Positions 14,161 to 27,170 of a stretch of DNA of 64,000 bases are shown here, one piece after another (position 1 is the first letter of the stretch; every line of letters starts with the position of its first letter). The notes beneath the pieces are model-generated. The model made no database searches. It was not told where the DNA came from and saw nothing but the letters and a program-made list of their open reading frames with translations. The position numbers and the translations under genes were made by a program. Source of the stretch: Octopus vulgaris (lineage: Eukaryota); assembly GCA_951406725.2 (NCBI GenBank), contig OX597834.1, positions 6,448,001 through 6,512,000 on the forward strand, in the 5' to 3' direction.

Positions 14161-14232
14161 AGATAAGCCATAATAGATATATAATACAGTACACTTCGGA
14201 TAATATACATACATATGTATCTATCTATCTAT

Positions 14233-14304
<72 letters not shown>

Positions 14305-15484
14305 GTTTATATATATGCATATGCATACTCACACATGCAAACACACACTACACACACATGCATACATATACTGATATATTTATCATCATCATCATCATCA
14401 TCATCGTATATAAATATATATGTGTATATAGTTTAGAAGTGAACGATATCGTTTCTTGTAATACTGATAAAAATGAACCAATTAATTCGATTGTATACTA
14501 CATCGACAAAACCTCAAAACCCCCTCAAAGGCAACAACTGTATGGTCACATTTGTTAGTTAAATAAAAGTAAACAAGCTTCGGTGGGGAAAAAAAATTGT
14601 GTCTCAATTTCTATAAGTTCACCAAAATAGCAAAACTTTGTCCAAAGTAAAACTCCACCATTTCGCTTGTCTAGTGAAGGAATTTAGCATTGTGGTTAGG
14701 GTGTTGCACTATCAATAGCAAGATCCTGGTTTCCTTTTCTGGACTGTGCAGTCAGTGCTTTGTTGTTCTTCAGGAAATCCACTTCATTCCACGTTGCTTT
14801 GTATCCACTCGGCTGTAAATAAATAACCCTGCACAACGGTCTGGTACACCATTCAAAGGTATGTGGTGATCTCGGTAAATGGCTCTAAGAGTTCCTAGAC
14901 TCAAGACAGTAATGGCCAGGAGTTGATGATGATGATGATGATGATGTGATGGTGATAATGGTAATGATGATGATGGTAATGATGATGGTAATGATGGTGA
15001 TGATAATGATGATGAGTGTCAAATGTTCTTTGTGGCATTATGAATACAATGCAGTCAGAGAACCCATGAAATGTCTCCATTTTTATACTAAGTTAAATCT
15101 CCCTCTTTATAAATACCAAATATCTCAGAACTGTAATCTCTTCTTTCAGAACTAGTAGACTCTGGAGAGTCTACTAGAGTAGATGCAGGCACTAATATAT
15201 GATTTATAAAATCATGTGACATATTAATAAAAATCTGTAAATGTACAACCATCCAGATTTCTGAGTACCTTATTTCTTCTAATATATATATATACAATAA
15301 TAATAATAATAATAATTTGAGGGAATATTATTCTTAACTTACAGGGAAAAATTCAATTTAGAAATACTAAATCAAATTTCACAAAATATAATCTCTCTAT
15401 ATATAAACGGCAAAATGTCTGCGTGAGTGTCCGTTATACAAATCCAAAATTTTTCAGTTAGAAGGCTCGCACTTTCCATGGTCA

Positions 15485-15680
15485 TTGCTTGACAACTAAT
15501 GGTGGTGTGTTTATGTCCCCGTTACTTAGCGGTTCGGCAAAAGAGACCGATAGAATAAGTACTGGGCTTACAAAAGAATAAGTCCCGGGGTCAAGTTACT
15601 CGATTAAAGGCGGTGCTCCAGCATGGCCACAGTCAAATGACTGAAACAAGTAAAAGAGTAAAAGAGTAAAGAGTAAGAGT
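15485..15680 (+). mobile_element. SINE family A 3' half
   Basis: gcttgacaactaatggtggtgtg...gactgaaacaagtaaaagagtaaaagagtaaagagtaagagt. Confidence 0.85.
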
Positions 15681-16283
15681 ATATATTTTTGTCAAAGTCA
15701 ATCCAAATATATCAGATTTATTGGACAACAGCGCAGAAGGACCAATTATTATCATAAAATAGATCTAACAACTAAAATAGAATTTAATAGACAATTGGTT
15801 TATCTTTAACACTTTTTGATTGTTTCATACTTAAAGCCTTCATATTCTGACTTGATATTTTAAATCCTGTTGATTTATTTGGCTCTTTTTTAATTGAAAA
15901 ATCATAATAATGATAATAATCGTGAATAGGAGAGATTCTAGACTGACTAAATAGTGGAGTAAATGCCTTTATTTTTCTGCATACACTCTACCATCGAGTT
16001 GAAATTCTTCCAATAATATTTTTGTTTTTTTTATTCATCTGCAGCCAAGAAAATAAACACCACTCATACTGTTATTGGTTATAATATATCTAGTATATTT
16101 CTCTCGTAAAAACTGAAGTTTTATGTCTATGTAAAAAAAAAAATATATTATTATTCTGTTTTGGCTAAAAGCAACTTATTTATTCACTGTATGTGGAGGA
16201 GATAACAGAATAAGTAAATTGAAAACATGTACTGTAAGAATCAGCTTCTCATTTCCTTCCATAGATAAAAATCAGTATGAGTT

Positions 16284-16317
<34 letters not shown>

Positions 16318-16781
16318 ATGTGTGCGTGTGTGTGTGTGTTATTCTTGAAATATGGGAGGTTATAAACAACAGTGACTTGGAAAGATATGATACTTCTGGG
16401 GAGAAAGCTTAAATATATATAAGAAGGAAAAATTAAATTTTATACCTCAAAACATTCAGTAATTCAATATTTCGAGTAAAATTACCCTTTTCAAAGTGTG
16501 ATGAAAAGAAGAGAAAACATTGTTGCAGATTCAAGGGTACAAAAAAGGGTTTCTGACGGATGAAGGGAAAAGGGTTTATAAACTGCTGCTGCATGACACA
16601 TATGTCACAGTTTCCACACGCACACACAGACACACACACACACACACACATGTCTGTGCACACACACACACAGTTATATTGTTGCTCACAATGAATCCGA
16701 CATTATTATTGATAGAGTATAATGATGTTCAGAATTTGAATTTTGGGTTCTTTATTCATGTTTGCATGATTTTTTAACCAT

Positions 16782-17199
16782 AGGCGCAGGAGTGGCTGTG
16801 TGGTAAGTAGCTTGCTAACCAACCACATGGTTCCGGGTTCAGTCCCACTGCGTGGCATCTTGGGCAAGTGTCTTCTGCTATAGCCCCGGGCCGACCAATG
16901 CCTTGTGAGTGGATTTGGTAGACAGAAACTGAAAGAAGCCCGTCGTATATATGTATATATATATATATGTATGTGTGTGTATAACTTTGTGTGTCTGTGA
17001 TTGTCCCTCCAACATCGCTTGACAACTGATGCTGGTGTGTTTACGTCCCTGTCACTTAGCGGTTCGGCAAAAAAGAGACTGATAGAATAAGTACTGGGCT
17101 TACAAAGAATAAGTCCCGGGATCAAGTTGCTCGAATTAAAGGCGGTGCTCCAGCATGGCCGCAGTCAAATGACTGAAACAAGTAAATGAGTAAAGAGAG

Positions 17200-17200
<1 letters not shown>
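16782..17200 (+). mobile_element. SINE family A
   Basis: Full-length copy starting ggcgcaggagtggctgtgtggtaag. Confidence 0.9.
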
Positions 17201-17293
<93 letters not shown>

Positions 17294-17593
17294 CATACAT
17301 ATATATACACTCTCACACACACATACACATGCATATGTTGTGTTTTCTGTTTTATTAAAGCTGAAAACTTCAGAAGTTGTTACCCAGGGTTTCATGTAGC
17401 TGATCATAGGACAGAAGTGAACTCATTTCTTTCTGATGATTGGCTCCATAAAATTCTGAATAACAGTTTCGTGATGCTTTTTAGCTTCAATAAAACACCA
17501 CATTTTATTCTATCTTTGGTATTCGAGAGCTATATTCCTATTCCTCACCTTGTTTTCCATCTGTGTACTTACATGTATATGTGTTTGTGCATG

Positions 17594-17653
<60 letters not shown>

Positions 17654-17664
17654 CATACACACAC

Positions 17665-17710
<46 letters not shown>

Positions 17711-17724
17711 ACATATAGGTATAT

Positions 17725-17763
<39 letters not shown>

Positions 17764-17818
17764 ATATATATATATATATGTATATTCACATATGCATGTA
17801 TATATATATATATGTATA

Positions 17819-17854
<36 letters not shown>

Positions 17855-18065
17855 CATATATATATGTATGTATATATTTACATACATATATATGTATGTG
17901 TATGTATATGCACATATATGTATATACATATATACCTGTATACATACACATGTATATACTTGTATAAGTATATACACACATATATCTACATACTTACATG
18001 CTGCACACTCCCAAACTCACACACACACATACACACACACACACATACACACATATTCACACATA
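17200..18065. repeat. (TA)n/(CA)n microsatellite fields (17200-17330, 17590-18065)
   Basis: Visible. Confidence 0.9.
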
Positions 18066-18554
18066 CGATATGTATATTTTGGTGATAAAATTCTTGCTGC
18101 TATCAATGTAATTGATGATACTATTTCCCAGCATTGCTACACTCCACTGAATGCAGTCAATAAAATCATAAAGAATATGTTACATAATATATAGGTATAT
18201 GTTGTGTTTCTGCACATAACCATAAATGTGTTATAAACATGCTCGTTATGGTGCGTGTAGTCTATAGTATATATGTCGAGTTATTGTATATACATCATTG
18301 TATATTGTATATATTATTGTATGTATGTTGAGTTAAGTATACTTAAGTAATCTACAAAATAGTTAGGTAAAATACATTTCACCTTTGTTAAATGTTGCAC
18401 AAGGACATCGCATGAAACCAGTGTGTTTGATTCAATCATATCTAATTGCTCAGACATGCATATCTTACTGCAGAGATATATATATATACATATAATCACA
18501 CAAAAACACGTGTGTAAATATATAAGCTTGTATATATCATCTCCTGTTTTTTTT

Positions 18555-19290
18555 TATCATCATTTAAAGTCAGATTTTCCTGCTGGCATAAGTTCGACGG
18601 TTTGACCAAAGCTGCTAAGCTGGAGAGCTGTACCAGGTTCCAGTCGTGTGTCATGGCTTGGTTTCCATAACTGGTTGCCCTTCCTAATGCCAACCACTTT
18701 ACAGAATGTATTGGCTGTTTTTCAAGTATCACTGGTATGGCTGCCCTATTACACATCACTGGCATAGGTGCTTTTTACATTTCACCAGTATAGGCCCCTT
18801 TTACGCACCACTGGCCCAAGTGTCTTTTACATGTCACTAGCATTGACTACAACCTATTTCTTTACTACCCACAAGGGGCTAAACACAGAGAGGACAAACA
18901 AGGACAGACAAACGGATTAAGTCGATTACATCAACCTCAGTGCATAACTGGTACTTAATTTATCGGCCCTGAAAGGATGAAAGGCAAAGTCGACCTCGGC
19001 AGAATTTGAACTCAGAACGTAAAGACAGACAAAATACCGCTAAGCATTTCACCCGGCGTGCTAACGCTTCTGCCAGCTCACTGCCACAAGCATGGCATCG
19101 GCCACAACCATGATTTTACTTAACTTGATATATTTTCTCAAGTACAGCAAATTGCCAGAAGTCTTGGTCATTTGGCATTGCCTCCATGAGACTCAACAAC
19201 CAAAGATCATATTCCATCACCTCATCCTACATCTTCTTCGGTCTACTTCCTCCACAGGTTCCATCCACAATTAGAGATTGACAATTCTTC
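18555..19290 (-). mobile_element. Decayed RTE-X-like LINE 3' end whose 3' UTR is family C; interrupted by SINE family B
   Basis: Minus 19290-19135 reads KNCQSLIVDGTCGGSRPKKM*DEVMEYDL...DQDFWQFAVLEK (RTE-type GRPK.TW C-terminus) and runs into the Meta-like core at 18670-18700. Confidence 0.7.
18855..19086 (-). mobile_element. SINE family B (tRNA-derived; gcctttcatcctttcggggtcgat core)
   Basis: Minus strand gagctggcagaagcgttagcacg...gagttcaaattc (B box)...ccccttgtgggtagtaaagaaatag. Confidence 0.85.
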
Positions 19291-19551
19291 CTCTGAAGAA
19301 GAAGCTGGTTTCTAACAAAGACATAAAGCTCAATATTTGAAAAGTAGATAAAGAAAACAATGTCACGTTTTAATTTTGAGAAAATTATGAGAAAATTTGA
19401 GAAAATTCTTGTATATTTTTACTGTTAAAATTACAGATTGTCTTTGTAATGTGTTAGTTGGTTGATTGCTTTTTCTGAAAATCTATGCTTATCCAGACTC
19501 TCAGTTAGGGATTTACTCACAAAGCCGAGTGCACCAATTATTCTTCGTCAT

Positions 19552-19840
19552 CCTCATCATCGTTTAACGTCCGCTTTCCATGCTAGCATGGGTTAGACAA
19601 ATGATTGAGGGCTGGTGAACCGGATGGCAGCACCAGGCTTCAATCTTGATCCGGCAGAGTTTCTACAGCTGGATGCCCTTCCTAACGCCAACCACTCCGA
19701 GGGTATAGTGGGTTCTTTTATGTGCCACTGGCATGGGGCCTGCCAGGCGGTACTGGCAACGGCCTCACTCAAATCTTTTACACATGCCACCGGCACAGGT
19801 GCCAGTAAGGCAATGCTGGTAACGATCATGCTTGGATGGT
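19552..19840 (-). mobile_element. Family C retroposon
   Basis: Same core and tail as 2104-2443. Confidence 0.85.
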
Positions 19841-20361
19841 ATAAATGTAAATTCCTAATCTCGAAATAGAAGCTGGAGGTTTAAAAGCCATTGTTCACAG
19901 TTATCTTCTTTCTCTTTGATTTTCAAGGAGATATTCACATCAGCGGGACATAGCTGACCTCCATGATGGTACATACTTTTACTTCTCGATCTGTGTGTGT
20001 TTGTGTGTGTGTGTGTGTACTTATTCTCTTTGTCTTTTTAATTTAGAATATATTTTGAATGGTTACCTATTTGGGGAAACGCTTTGAAGGAGAGCATCCT
20101 GTGTTGCTCATCATCCTTTAACTTTTACGAAGGTCTTGCAGATTTTTATAGTTCTGCATATCATGATTATTTGCATTTCATGAATTAAGGATTTATGTTC
20201 TCTCCTCAAGAGCCCAAGTTCAGCTAAACTTTAATCAAGATGAATTGGTATGTATTCTGTTTCTCCAATAATAGTAGGAATGAATATATATATATTAGGG
20301 TGCCAAGATCACCACCCAAGCGTGATTGTTGCCAGAAAATACACACAATATAAATGTTAAG

Positions 20362-20620
20362 ATATTGATTTGAACTCAGAACGTAAATGCATACGAAATA
20401 TCCACAAGGGGCTAAACACAGAGAGGACAAACAAGGACAGACAAACAGATTAAGTCGATTACATCGACCCCAGTGCATGACTGGTACTTATTTAATCAAC
20501 CCTGAAAGGATGAAAGGCAAAATCAACCTCGGCGGAATTTGAACTCAGAACGTAGCGGCAGAAGAAATGCTGCTAAGCATTTCGCCCAGCGTGCTAACGT
20601 TTCTGCCAGCTCGCCACCTT
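20362..20620 (-). mobile_element. SINE family B with partial second unit
   Basis: Full unit 20401-20620 followed by a repeat of tttgaactcagaacgta at 20368. Confidence 0.8.
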
Positions 20621-20639
20621 CTTCTGCCAACTTGCCATC

Positions 20640-21590
20640 ACATTTATAGAGAGAACAATGGGTTCAAGGCTTTATTGTGACATATTGCAGAAAACAATGT
20701 TGAAAAGCATCAAGGAACTCAGAAAACATTCCATGTTCCAACATGATAATGACCCTAAACACACTTCAAAGATGATGACTAAGTTTTCATCAGGTAAAGA
20801 GGTAAATATATTGCCTTGGCCTGCCATGTCACCTGATTTAAACACAATAGAAAACATCCTGTTTACCATATTTGGCCAGACTATATCAAAAGAATTTAGC
20901 TACAAGAAGAAAGGAGGAAAGGATACAGTTGAAAGTCATTATTCCAGATGAATGGAGGTCAATTTCATTGGTTATATGCAGAAATTTAGTTGACTCTATC
21001 TATGCCCAGAAAACTTAATGATGTCATTGAAGGCAAGGGCAGTCATATCAAATCTTTATATATAAAAGAGAGGTTGTGTGTCTGACTCCTACGATTTAGA
21101 TTCCTAACTACTCCCACATTTTGCGGTGCAGTTTAACCAAAACCGGGTATCTTATAGTCGTTATTCATATCGAGCCCTTCTGGGTATTAGCGCATGTCTA
21201 CGATGAGTCTACGATTAAAAAAAAAATTTACCATAATTTTTTTCCCATTTTTAATGCATTTTTTTGATATTTTTTGGCTATAACTCTCTAAAAATGCTTA
21301 TATAGTTATTTCCCTTACAAACCCGAGCAACGCCAGGCGATACTGCTAGTATTGAATATAGCAAATAATCGTAGAGTGTGTTCATATTTTTGTCTCATTT
21401 GAAAATGAATATTTCGTTCAAGTCTTTGAAAATGTTTATTGTTTTGTGTCCCAAATTTGTACAACGTTTGCATGTATAATGTATTTTATTTAGTATAAAT
21501 TTCATTTGGTTTCCTTCAATATTATGAGTGTAATGGCAATTTTACTGAAATTTTTTTGGAGTGTACATACTTCTTTTAGATACTATACAT
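20640..21590 (+). pseudogene. Decayed Tc1-family (DD34E) transposase C-terminal half and probable right end
   Basis: FQHDNDPKHTS and WPAMSPDLNTIEN motifs; C-terminus EGKGSHIK|Y* split by a Helitron; TIR-like sequence near 21560-21590. Confidence 0.85.
21053..21349 (+). mobile_element. Non-autonomous Helitron
   Basis: 5' TC, 3' GC-rich hairpin-like cccgagcaacgccagg then CTAG, inserted between A and T with no TSD; two more copies in window. Confidence 0.9.
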
Positions 21591-21756
21591 ATGTGTGTGT
21601 GTATATGTATGTATGTACATAATTCTGTGAGATACTGTACATGTGTGTTTGTGTATATATATATATGTAGAGTTTACGAAAAAAAAGCAAAAGACGAAGA
21701 CAGGTGGTGTACAAAACAAACAGATGTAGTAGTATAACACTCAGGAATAGAAAAAG

Positions 21757-21794
21757 TCTTTTATGATTCGCGCCTACGCTCTTCTACAGAAAGA
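21757..21794 (-). ncRNA. Degenerate hammerhead-like motif in Penelope-like repeat (about 21665-21860)
   Basis: UCUUU-CUGUAGA-A-GAGC(GUAG)GCGC-GAAU-CA-UA-AAAGA: 5-bp stem I kept, core substitutions. Confidence 0.45.
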
Positions 21795-22229
21795 TACACT
21801 GAAAAAACAAGGAGAGAACAAAAATGTGTGTTGTGGCTAACGATCTATCATGGCGACTGACATACATATATATATATGTATGTATGTATGAAAATATATA
21901 TATTATATGTGTTTGTGTCTTATGAAATACGATGGCTTTTAGCTTTTTCACATAGTCTATAAAATAGCACAGGAAGATGCTACACCAATTGACTGGCATA
22001 GCAACATCATTGTTGCCTGCAACCAAGTCATAAAAAATAGTCTGGAACGAAGCAATGACAAGACATCAAACTGTTATGAATGTTACTAAGTTATGAATGT
22101 TACAAAAAGATTTATGGCTGAAATTAATGGGAAGAGAAACGACTTCTTTGAGATGCAGTTTGAGTTTCTAGCAGTGAGAGAACTATTGCTTAATTTCTCG
22201 GTTATTCACATCATTGGTTAATCTGGGGA

Positions 22230-22579
22230 AGGATTTCTGATGGGCTAACATGCTTTGGGTTCATAGGGGACCACTTACAAAACTTGGTGAATCTCAGCAA
22301 ATCATCATCATCAACATCATCATTCTTTAACTTCCATTTTCCATGCCGGCATGGGTTGGGTGGTTTCACCAGAGCTGGTAAACTTGAGTGCTGCACCAGG
22401 ATTTCTGATGGGCTAACATGCTTTAGTGCATAGAGGACCACTTACAAAACTTGGTGAATCTCAGCAAATCATCATCATCATCATCATCATCAACATCATC
22501 ATTCTTTAACTTCCGTTTTCCATGCCGGCATGGGTTGGATGATTTCACCAGAGCTGGTAAACTTGAGTGCTGCACCAGG
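22230..22579. repeat. Tandem duplication, about 170-bp unit x2, including a family C tail
   Basis: aggatttctgatgggctaacatgcttt...gctgcaccagg occurs at 22230 and 22398. Confidence 0.85.
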
Positions 22580-23627
22580 TTCCAGTCTGATTTGACTTGG
22601 TTTCTATGGCTAGAATGCCCTTCCTAACACCAAAGTGAGAGTTAATATTGATTTTAGGGGAACATTTACCCTGGAGGTAGATGTGCATCAGTGTTCCTTT
22701 TCCTAATCCCTACTGTTTGTTATTATTCTCCAGGGATAATTCCAACAGATATATCATCATAATCATACATCCGTTTTCCGTGCTGGCATGTGTTGGATGG
22801 TTTGATCAGAGCTGGCAAAGAATCCAGACAGATGACAGTAAATCATTTAAAGACAAAATTTTTTATCTATCATTAAGGAACAAGCCCCTACTTCTATCTG
22901 CTACATAGCCATGTTTGATGTGCAAAAACAGATGAGGTAAAATTCTAAATGTTGTGTCAGTTGTAATGTATAGCACCTCTGGCTGGTGAACTGAGCAGGA
23001 AAGCTTTGTCTTATGTCATACACGCTTATGTCATGCATGCTTATGTCTTGCACAAGAATAATTTCAGTAAAATAAATCCTCTCAAATGCCAGGAAGAATA
23101 GTTGAACAAATCACTCCAATTGTTCATTATAGTATTTGTGTAAACAACGAAGGTGCTGGATAACGTATAATAATAGAATCGAACCAAATATTGATATTTT
23201 AAATGTTTTTAATATGCATGTTTCTGATCATTATGCAAGAGAAAAAGAGAATTCAGCTTTTACAAAACATCTTCTTCAGTGAAGACATTTCAAAATATGG
23301 TACAGTAAAATTTACCCTTTATTCAGCCTTGGCCAGGCTATATCAAAAGAATACAGCTACAAGAAGAGAGGAGGAAAGGATACAATAGAAGGAGTGGAGT
23401 GTATTTATAGAGAAAGAAAGGAGAGAGAGGAAGCAAGACAGAGGAAAGGGATTAGGTGTAAGGTGAGGGAAATAAGGAAGAGAAAAGGAAAAGGAATGAA
23501 GAAGAGGGATGAATGGCAGAACTGGATCTGAGGAAAAGGAGAGAATGGTTTAAATAAATAAATAAATAAATAGATAAATGAATAAATGAATGAATAAAAA
23601 AGCAAATAAGTGAATAAGCAGAATGTT

Positions 23628-24240
23628 ATTCTTTTGCTTGTTTCAGTCATTTGACTGCGGTCATGCTGGAGCACTACCTGAAAGAGTATTTTAGTTGAAG
23701 AAATTGACCCCAGGACTTATTCCTTGTAAGTCTAGTACTTATTCTATTGGTCTCTTTTGCTGAACTGCTAAGTTACAGGGATGTAAATGCACCAACATTG
23801 GCTGTCAAGCAATAGTGGAGAAGACAAACGTAGACACAAAGACACACACACATAAATATATAAATATATAAATAGAGAGAGAGAGAGTGGTTGTATACTG
23901 TCAACCTAACGTGACAGTAGGGGATTACACCACCACTGTTTAGCCCTAGGAAGCATCGACGCTTCCTGTCGGCCTCGACACATTTCCTGTGTCCTTATAT
24001 ATTTACGAAGGGGAGACAAATACCCCCAACAGCTAGGCCTGCATCTAGAGACACGCATGTGTGTGTGTATATATATATATATACGCGAAGGGCTTCTTTC
24101 AGTTTCCATCTACACTCACAAAGCTTTGGCTGTCTGAGGTTATAATAGAAGACACTTGTTCAAGGTACCATGCAGTTGGACTGAACCTGGAACCATGGTT
24201 CGGAAGGAAGCGTCTTACCACACAGCCATGCCTGTGCCTT
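23628..24240 (-). mobile_element. SINE family A (diverged) with a foreign insert at 23890-24057
   Basis: 3' half 23628-23850 and 5' half 24085-24240. Confidence 0.75.
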
Positions 24241-24448
24241 GTTGGAGAAATACAAAGGAATCGTAGGGGACATATAAATGATATGATTGATGGGAGGTGG
24301 GGATGGAAGTTGTGAAAAGGGACAAGAACATTCTTATCCCCTTTCACCACTTACAGTTAAGTACGAGTGAAGTTACAATCATCTTATTCTCTTGTCTCAA
24401 AGTTAGCTTTGTGTCAAAGTTAATAAGGATTTTATATTTCTTAATCAA

Positions 24449-25124
24449 TCCTTTAGCATTTAAACCAACCATATCCGGTCAAAATATTCTACTTATTTTT
24501 ATGTACAAAGTGGCCGGATCTGGCCTCTCACACTAACTCTATAATGCCACTCTAAATATTAAGTTACCTCATCAAAATCTGAAAGCTACAAAATAATGTA
24601 GGATTAGGGATGTAGCCAGTCCTCTTATGCATACCTTTCCTTCTTGGGACACAAAACTCTACTTGTGAAGACCTGTTGAGGCAAGTGAAAATCAAAATCA
24701 AAATCAAAATCGATCAACATCAATGGAAATTGTAGCTGTGATACCAGTGCCGGTGGCACATAAGAGAACCATCTGAACGTGGCCGTAGCCAGCTCTGCCC
24801 TGACTGGCCTCCGTGCAGGTGGCACGTAAAAAGCACCATCCGATCATGGCCATTGCCATCCTCCCCTGGCACCTGTGCTGGTGGCACGTAAAAAGCACCC
24901 ACTACACTCACGGAGTGGTTGGCGTTAGGAAAGGCATCCAGCTGTAGAAACACTGCCAGATCAGACTGGGCCTGGTGCAGCCTTCTGGCTTCCCAGACCC
25001 CGGTCGAACCGTCCAACCCATGCTAGCATGGAAATCGAATGTTAAACGATGATGATGATGATGATGATGATGATTATGCATAAATTAGCATTACCTTTGA
25101 TAAAATAACGTGAATGCTAAAGGA
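24449..25124. mobile_element. piggyBac-like MITE interrupted by a family C element
   Basis: 12-bp TIRs tcctttagcatt/aatgctaaagga with degenerate TTAA flanks (tcaa/ctaa); related copies at 25801 and 51376. Confidence 0.75.
24607..25075 (+). mobile_element. Family C retroposon, long copy
   Basis: Three ggtggcac(g/a)taa repeats, Meta-like core, (GAT)n tail. Confidence 0.85.
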
Positions 25125-25507
25125 CTAAATGAAAGTCAGAAATCTACTCCACTAAGATTTGAACCTAGATTATAAAAGACCGTCAGTTCATCTTCCGTAT
25201 CTTCTATGTCTCTGTCTCTGCTCGTTCCTCTGTCTACTCTTTGGTCCAGTATTAACTCTATTAGTAAAATATTAATAGAAGTGTTTTCTTTGAGATATTA
25301 AATATGATGAAATTTTTTTTTCTAAAAAAGTATTTATAAAAGAAAAAAAACAAATCACCAAGTGTTCTATAATATCATTATATTGGAACAGTAACATATT
25401 ATCAGAAATATTCAGAGATGAGATCAATTAATGAAGACACATTGCTGTTTTATTGATGCCATTAAAAATTTAGATTCAATGGAAATTAATGCAAGACGAA
25501 ATCTAAC

Positions 25508-25570
25508 CTGTTGTAGCTGCTCTCTGGAATAGTTAAGTTTCGAATGATAGCCATCTCATTTTGCATTTGT
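25508..25570 (-). other. Candidate 63-nt spliced exon of an unidentified host transcript
   Basis: Minus strand ttttttttttcctatgttacag|acaaatg...ctacaacag|gttaga; one open frame QMQNEMAIIRNLTIPESSYN. Confidence 0.35.
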
Positions 25571-25757
25571 CTGTAACATAGGAAAAAAAAAAATCTCTGT
25601 TTCATCAAAAGAATTGATGAAATTGATAAAACAACGAATCTCTGCTTTCATATAGATGCCAGTCTCCAACTCTTGGACATTTATTTGTGTCTGCCGATGT
25701 CAGCCGATTCCTGTTTTACTGTGTTCAACATGGATCCCTTCTTTTACACTTCCACTT

Positions 25758-26555
25758 GTTTTAGTTATTTGACTGTGGCCATACTGGAGCACTGCCTTAA
25801 CCCTTTAGTATTTAAACCGGCCATATCCGGCCAAAATAGTTAATCTGTTTTATGTTCAAACTGACCAGATCCAGGCTCTCACACCTACCCCACAATGTTA
25901 TTCTACATTAAGTAATTACACTTTCAAGATCTTGAACATATGAGATAATGCATGATTAATTCAAATCAATGGGAATCAATTTGAAACCTGATTATTCAAC
26001 TGCAAGAACATTTAAAAAGATACACACACGCACACATATATATTCATGTATATACACATATACATACATACATATATATAAAATACAGTGTACATTTAAA
26101 CACATTAAGAAGTATTCATCATAGGACTCCCTTATGCTAGAAGGAACAGCTAAAGTCCAAACCACTATTTAGGGATAAATACTCGAAGGGAATGAAAAAT
26201 AAAAACATTTACCATCTATTTCCTGGACCATGGTTTTAGTTATTTGACTGTGGCCATACTGGAGCACTGCCTTAAAGGGTTTTTAGTTGGAAAAAACTTG
26301 AAATTTGAAACCTGATTATTCAATTGCAAGAACATTTAAAAAGATATACACACGCACACATATATATTCATGTATATACACATATACATACATATATATA
26401 AAATACAGTGTACATTTAAACACATTAAGAAGTATTCATCATAGGACTCCCTTATGCTAGAAGGAACAGCTAAAGTCCAAACCACTATTTACGGATAAAT
26501 ACTCGAAGGGAATGAAAAATAAAAACATTCACCATCTATCTCCTGGACCATGGTT
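25758..26555. repeat. Local tandem duplication; first copy carries a truncated piggyBac-like MITE (25801-25978) at TTAA
   Basis: gttttagttatttgactgtggccatactggagcactgccttaa at 25758 and 26233; about 255-bp block repeated at 25979 and 26302. Confidence 0.85.
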
Positions 26556-26954
26556 TCTGACTTTTTTAGCAAATAAAATAATTTGCCAGGCATACCTGTT
26601 GACGAAGACTTTGCCTGACAAATTATTTTATTTTTTTAAATGTGGAAGGTATGCATGCATGTATAAAGGGAAAGAGTAAAATAAAGCTTGTTACTCTTGG
26701 AAGAAGAATGTCTGGACACACAGCAGGACTAAAAACAAGGCCAGATGAGTTCCTTCTGGATCAACAGCCACCCAGTTGGGAAAGGCAACAGCAAACTACC
26801 CCCGTATCTCTGTCAAGAAAACACTATGAGAAAATTAGAATGAAGTAATGGTATGGCTTCATCCAGTGGGAGAACTTGCTCTTAATAAGGAAGATCTTCA
26901 GAGATTTTTTGGTTCCATTGAGGAGTAGCTTCGATTGATGAGAAACACACCGAT

Positions 26955-27170
26955 GAGGCAGCAAGCTATCAAAATGGTTAGCATGATGAGTAAGATGCTT
27001 AGTGGCACTTTGTCCATCTTTATGTTCTGTATTCAAATTCCATCGATGATGACTTTGCCTTTCATCCTTTCAGGGTCGATAAAATAAGTAGCAGCTGAGT
27101 GCTGGGGGCCGATGTAATTGACTTATCCCTACCACAAACCTGCTGGCCTCATACCAAAATTTGAAACCAG
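26955..27170 (+). mobile_element. SINE family B, diverged
   Basis: gactttgcctttcatcctttcagggtcgataaaataagta core. Confidence 0.7.

Noticed and set aside
23203-23388. 61-aa ORF
   Set aside because: No motif or splice support
23930-23995. HDV-like or twister ribozyme
   Set aside because: Required pseudoknot pairings could not be assigned
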